Of a stretch of DNA of 64,000 bases, positions 60,341 through 64,000 are shown one piece after another. The DNA lies in NCBI GenBank assembly GCA_905178155.1, contig CAJINV010000001.1, positions 9,569,865-9,633,864 of the forward strand. The letters are read 5' to 3'. The stretch comes from Amoebophrya sp. A120 (lineage: Eukaryota > Protista > Dinoflagellata). A program made the position numbers and the translations under genes. The number at the start of each line of letters is the position of its first letter. Within the stretch, counting starts at the first letter, position 1. The notes below the pieces were generated by a model, which worked only from the letters and a program-made list of their open reading frames with translations, ran no database searches and was not told where the DNA came from.

Positions 60341-62055
60341 GTCGCTTTGTATGATGAAAATTATAAATGGAGAATCAATGGTCTGCTTTGGTTACTTGCA
60401 ACTACCTTGTAGTCCTAAGTAAAATTGTCGCGATTGCGGAGTAGATCATCGTCAAACAGATTGAAAAATAGATGCATTGAATTAAATTGACAGTAGAAAC
60501 CAAATTCCAGAACTCGAAGAAGGAGCAATCATTTTCTTTTTCATTGCTGACGAGGGCGGCCTGCATTAAGTATTTTGAAGTTCGATCAACGGAGGCGAAA
60601 GTCTGCGGAGTTAGAGTTACTGCTGATTTCATGCGACGATGCACGACGATTATACTTGGCTTATGCAAAAACTTCCACCTAGAGCTACGTCCAAACTTTA
60701 CGGCTCTTTTTCAACACGATACTTCCTCCCGCGCTGCTCTCTCAGTCTGCTCTCACAAAAATGCGCTCTTGCTTCTACACGTCACTCTCTCTCTCGTACT
60801 ACAATTCTCTCTCTATCGTCCCTTCAATTCACTCTCTCCACGGACGGTCGTGACCACTCGTCGAGGGCTTTAAATTTAATGTTGAGTCGACTCATGTACA
60901 AATCTGCAGCTTCTTCCGCGACGTTTTGCATCGTGAAGAGACAGAAAAATATTCTTCGAGCTACTTGAGGTTGAGACGTTGATGAGCTTCAGACTTTTCT
61001 ATTTTTTCGAACTTCGGACTTCGGATGATCGCGTGGTGGGCGTCTATCTGCCCCCCAACTCGGACTCGAAACTGAAGCCACGCACTCGCAGGAGCGCCAG
61101 GATCGGCCATGAAATGAAAAGTGTTCGCGTTTTGTTCAAAATTTCTTCCTCTTTTCAGCAGACAACAGAACCGGAGGGAAACCTGGGGAGCCTTAGCTAC
61201 TTGAAGCAAGATAACTGAAATACCTCTTCGGCTTTTTTTTGATGACCTTACACCTACCAAACCTACCGAGAAAAAACCTTTCAGAAAAACTGGGGAGCCT
61301 TGGACCTCGAGCTTTAAAATATTAGTGAGCGACGTTTTGCCTTAACTTACCTGGAAGAGTTTGGATTTACCTTGACTTTCTACCTCGAAAAATGGATAAC
61401 AACGCGCCCAATGAGCAACAACGTGAACTGAACATACTACGGAGCAAATCTTCGTGCTGGGTATGTGTACTTACTGAAAATCTAGTATCTTCCCCTCATG
61501 TGTCTTCACCGATTTAAGTTTATGAGTTCATCCTTCTTTGGCTCACGGAGGAAAGGTGAGGTTGATGTGCTTGTGGTACTAGTGGTGCATGTGCCACATT
61601 ACAATCAAGTTTCTGCAGCAGTACATCGTCCCGACGCGGACCTGACTCTTCTAGATTATTGAGATTTACGAAAGGATTTTAAAGCATTGTGACTGTGTTC
61701 ACCTTCACCGCTGGGCATGCAGGAGCTACTTCTCTACATGATATCCTTTCAGATTCAGACTCATTCAAAAGAATAAGAGAAGCAAAACCAAAAATGTAGA
61801 GGACAGTTGTGTGTCATCCTTTTGGTTTTGGTTCATGTAGGATGTATATGTATGTACTTTTTTGCGACGGAAAACCGAGGCGTGAATTTCATCTACCAGG
61901 CAACATTTGATAGCGGAATAGGAAATTCTTGGCTATCAAAATTAATGAACCTCGCTAATGAAATCACGAAACGTTTTGCAGAAAAAAGTTCAAATCAAAA
62001 AAGCTTGCCCTTCATGTTTTTTGCAAAAAAAGAAGTGTACTACTTTACATGACTT

Positions 62056-64000
62056 TCACAACTTTCGTGTGTTTTCATCGGTCCTGGTTGTTTCTCTTCT
62101 TCTCCTTTCTTTGTGCACATTCTCTACTTTGTCCTTCCTCGGTAAGTCTTGTTCCTTTCCCTTTCTTGCGTCAGTCTTTCTACGAGAACGGTGACGCTGC
62201 GTCTGGCCCACCTTCTCCTCGGCGCCTTTCTCCTGCCGTCGGCTTCCCGATGCATTGTCTTGCTGCTGAGAAACGTCGAGGCCGGATTTCTTTGTGCCGG
62301 GCTCCTCGTCGAGCTTGATCTCATCGATAGACGCCAAGACTTCGTCCAATGCTTCCATTTTCTCATTCGGGTCCACCAGATCGGGCGAACACAAAGCAGA
62401 TCCAGAAACGGATGCTCCGCTGCCTCCCGGGTTTTGATCAAGCGTCGCTGTGGTATCCTTCGTGCGGAATTCTCCTCGTTCCTTATTCGCGGCAATGAAA
62501 CCGTCTTGCTGTCGGTCCTGTTTCTCGGACCCCACGGCTGCGTGATGTTTCTTCGCCTCCGGCACGGAGGCTTCTGCTTCCTTCTTGGATTTATTCTTGC
62601 CGTGGTCCCCCGTTTTGGCCTCAACTTCTACAACTGAGTCCCTCGCTGCGCCGCGCGTCTTCCGGCGATCTCGCTCACGATGGTCACCACCAGTGCGCTC
62701 TTCTTTCTTGTTCCGATGCCGGTCCCGGTCCTCATCCCGCTTATCATCTCGGTTCTTTATTTTGTTCCGGTCGCGACTCTTCTTGTGTTTCTGCTCACGA
62801 CTGTCGTTAACATCATCGTCTCGGTCGCGAGCATCAGTTTTTTTCATCTTCTTCTCTTTCTTCTCGGAGGCGTCAACGTCTTCCTTCCTGCCATTCGGGG
62901 ATCGCGGCCGCTTGTTATTCTTCTTCGTACCCTTTGCTTCATCCGATTTCGAGGTTTTTCGCTTGTCGCCGCGGTCCCGAGAAGGCTTCGGCTTCGTCTC
63001 TTTGTTTCTGTTATCCTCCTTGCGGTCCCGGTCGCGGTTTGTAGTTTTATCCGCCACAATTTCTACATCCTTGGCGCCAATGGTATCCCTCGATCTTTTA
63101 TTTCCGTGCTCGCGGCGTGTCTCGCGGCCCTGCGCGGTGCCATCGGAGCGATCGTCTTTGTTTCTCTTCGGCGGGTCTCTTTGCGCCGCTGTTGAGCGGC
63201 GGTTCTTTGGACGATGCTCATGCTTGGCCTCGTCGCGATCTTTTTTTTGTCCGCCACTATCATGGTCTTCTGATCGTCCACCTTTTTGCTTCTCCTTCGA
63301 CGCCTTTTCCTTCATCTGTGGTTCGTCCGCTTTTTGGTTCTTCTCTTTCGCGGCAAGCAACTCCTTCTGTCGCGCCTTTTCGGCCTCGGCCTGCTCCGCC
63401 CTCTTTTCGTATTCAAACCGCGGGTCAATTTTCGTCACAGGCGGCTGGGGTTCCGGTGGCGGCACCTTCTTGTCGCGATAGGAGCTGCCTTTTTCTTCCC
63501 CCGCTTCGGTCACATTCACGCCTTTGGTGTGACTTTTACTGCTGTTCTGCCTGCTCGACACGTTATTGTCGACGCCCTGCTGGGCAGTTGAAGAGGACGC
63601 TGCACAAGAGCTATTTTTTGATTTGTTCTCCACGATGCTTTGCGGCTTCTGATCCCATTTGCTCGAAAGCCTTTCGTTCCTCTCCGGCGCCGGTTGGCGA
63701 TCACCACGCTCGCGTTCTCTAGTACGTTCGCGTTCTCTACGGTCGCGTTCTTCACGTTGACGCTCACGCTCCCGGTCACCGCGGTAGCCATGATTGTAAT
63801 CGTTGCCCCGCTGCGGGTTCCTGCCACGATCGCCCCCCGCACCAGCCCCGCGTTGTTGGAAATCACGCTGATCCCCCGAGCGATAGCGATCCCGATCCCA
63901 ATGTCTGCAGTCCTGTCGCTCGCGATCCCTAGTCGTCGCGTCCCGCGCACCAGGGCGATCCTGGTTACGATCTCGATTCCGTGCCCTTCGGTCATCTCGG
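62056..64000 (-). CDS. RD/RE/K-rich mixed-charge low-complexity protein; 5' end outside the window
   Basis: The frame of ORF 62056..63633 stays open upstream to the window edge (RDRERERQREERDRRERERTRERERGDR...). No folded domain is visible. Confidence 0.7.
   Translation of the reverse strand, partial: RDDRRARNRDRNQDRPGARDATTRDRERQDCRHWDRDRYRSGDQRDFQQRGAGAGGDRGRNPQRGNDYNHGYRGDRERERQREERDRRERERTRERERGDRQPAPERNERLSSKWDQKPQSIVENKSKNSSCAASSSTAQQGVDNNVSSRQNSSKSHTKGVNVTEAGEEKGSSYRDKKVPPPEPQPPVTKIDPRFEYEKRAEQAEAEKARQKELLAAKEKNQKADEPQMKEKASKEKQKGGRSEDHDSGGQKKDRDEAKHEHRPKNRRSTAAQRDPPKRNKDDRSDGTAQGRETRREHGNKRSRDTIGAKDVEIVADKTTNRDRDRKEDNRNKETKPKPSRDRGDKRKTSKSDEAKGTKKNNKRPRSPNGRKEDVDASEKKEKKMKKTDARDRDDDVNDSREQKHKKSRDRNKIKNRDDKRDEDRDRHRNKKEERTGGDHRERDRRKTRGAARDSVVEVEAKTGDHGKNKSKKEAEASVPEAKKHHAAVGSEKQDRQQDGFIAANKERGEFRTKDTTATLDQNPGGSGASVSGSALCSPDLVDPNEKMEALDEVLASIDEIKLDEEPGTKKSGLDVSQQQDNASGSRRQEKGAEEKVGQTQRHRSRRKTDARKGKEQDLPRKDKVENVHKERRRRETTRTDENTRKL

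Noticed and set aside
60720-60840. CT-rich tract and short microsatellite-like runs elsewhere (about 3214, 21224, 50369)
   Set aside because: Low-complexity sequence with no supporting structure.
5305-63722. Numerous long plus-strand ORFs (e.g. 5305..6225, 41418..42362, 46325..47599, 62585..63481)
   Set aside because: They are antisense shadows of GC-rich minus-strand coding regions and show no recognisable motifs.
1-64000. Dinoflagellate spliced-leader relics (CCGTAGCCATTTTGGCTCAAG) upstream of genes, tRNA or rRNA genes, or an autonomous transposase
   Set aside because: No convincing match was seen by eye. Degenerate copies cannot be excluded without a search.

Overview
Gene-dense eukaryotic genomic DNA. 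About 19 protein-coding genes can be reconstructed, all on the minus strand and mostly with short GT-AG introns. The one-strand gene order, an apicomplexan-like RPL41, non-canonical introns bounded by terminal inverted repeats (TIRs) and insert-rich proteins suggest a parasitic syndinian dinoflagellate such as Amoebophrya (inference, not verified). Genes in order: NYN-domain protein (partial), PhyH-type dioxygenase, small membrane protein, 1058-aa protein with an N-terminal HicA toxin-like RNase domain, MICAL-like FAD monooxygenase, AlkB-like dioxygenase, PA2G4/EBP1, a large secreted/type-I membrane protein with repeated SFLE/SFLD-type motifs, a coiled-coil host gene with two tandem box C/D snoRNAs in one intron, RPL41, WBP11, a type-I membrane protein, a ~2490-aa SPRY/WW protein, a SHIPPO/ODF3-like protein, two paralogous single-domain EF-hand cation channels flanking an FSH1 hydrolase, a possible RING fragment and an RD/RE-rich protein (partial). 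The clearest structural signal is five 150-262 bp MITE-like elements in two TIR families. They have TAT...ATA ends (one AAT variant) and exact 5-bp target-site duplications (TSDs), and all lie inside coding exons. Removing the element plus one TSD copy restores the reading frame every time, but no GT-AG register gives that exact removal, so they look like structure-defined introner introns. The main protein-level novelty candidate is the eukaryotic HicA fusion. All gene models were built by hand; no database searches were run.
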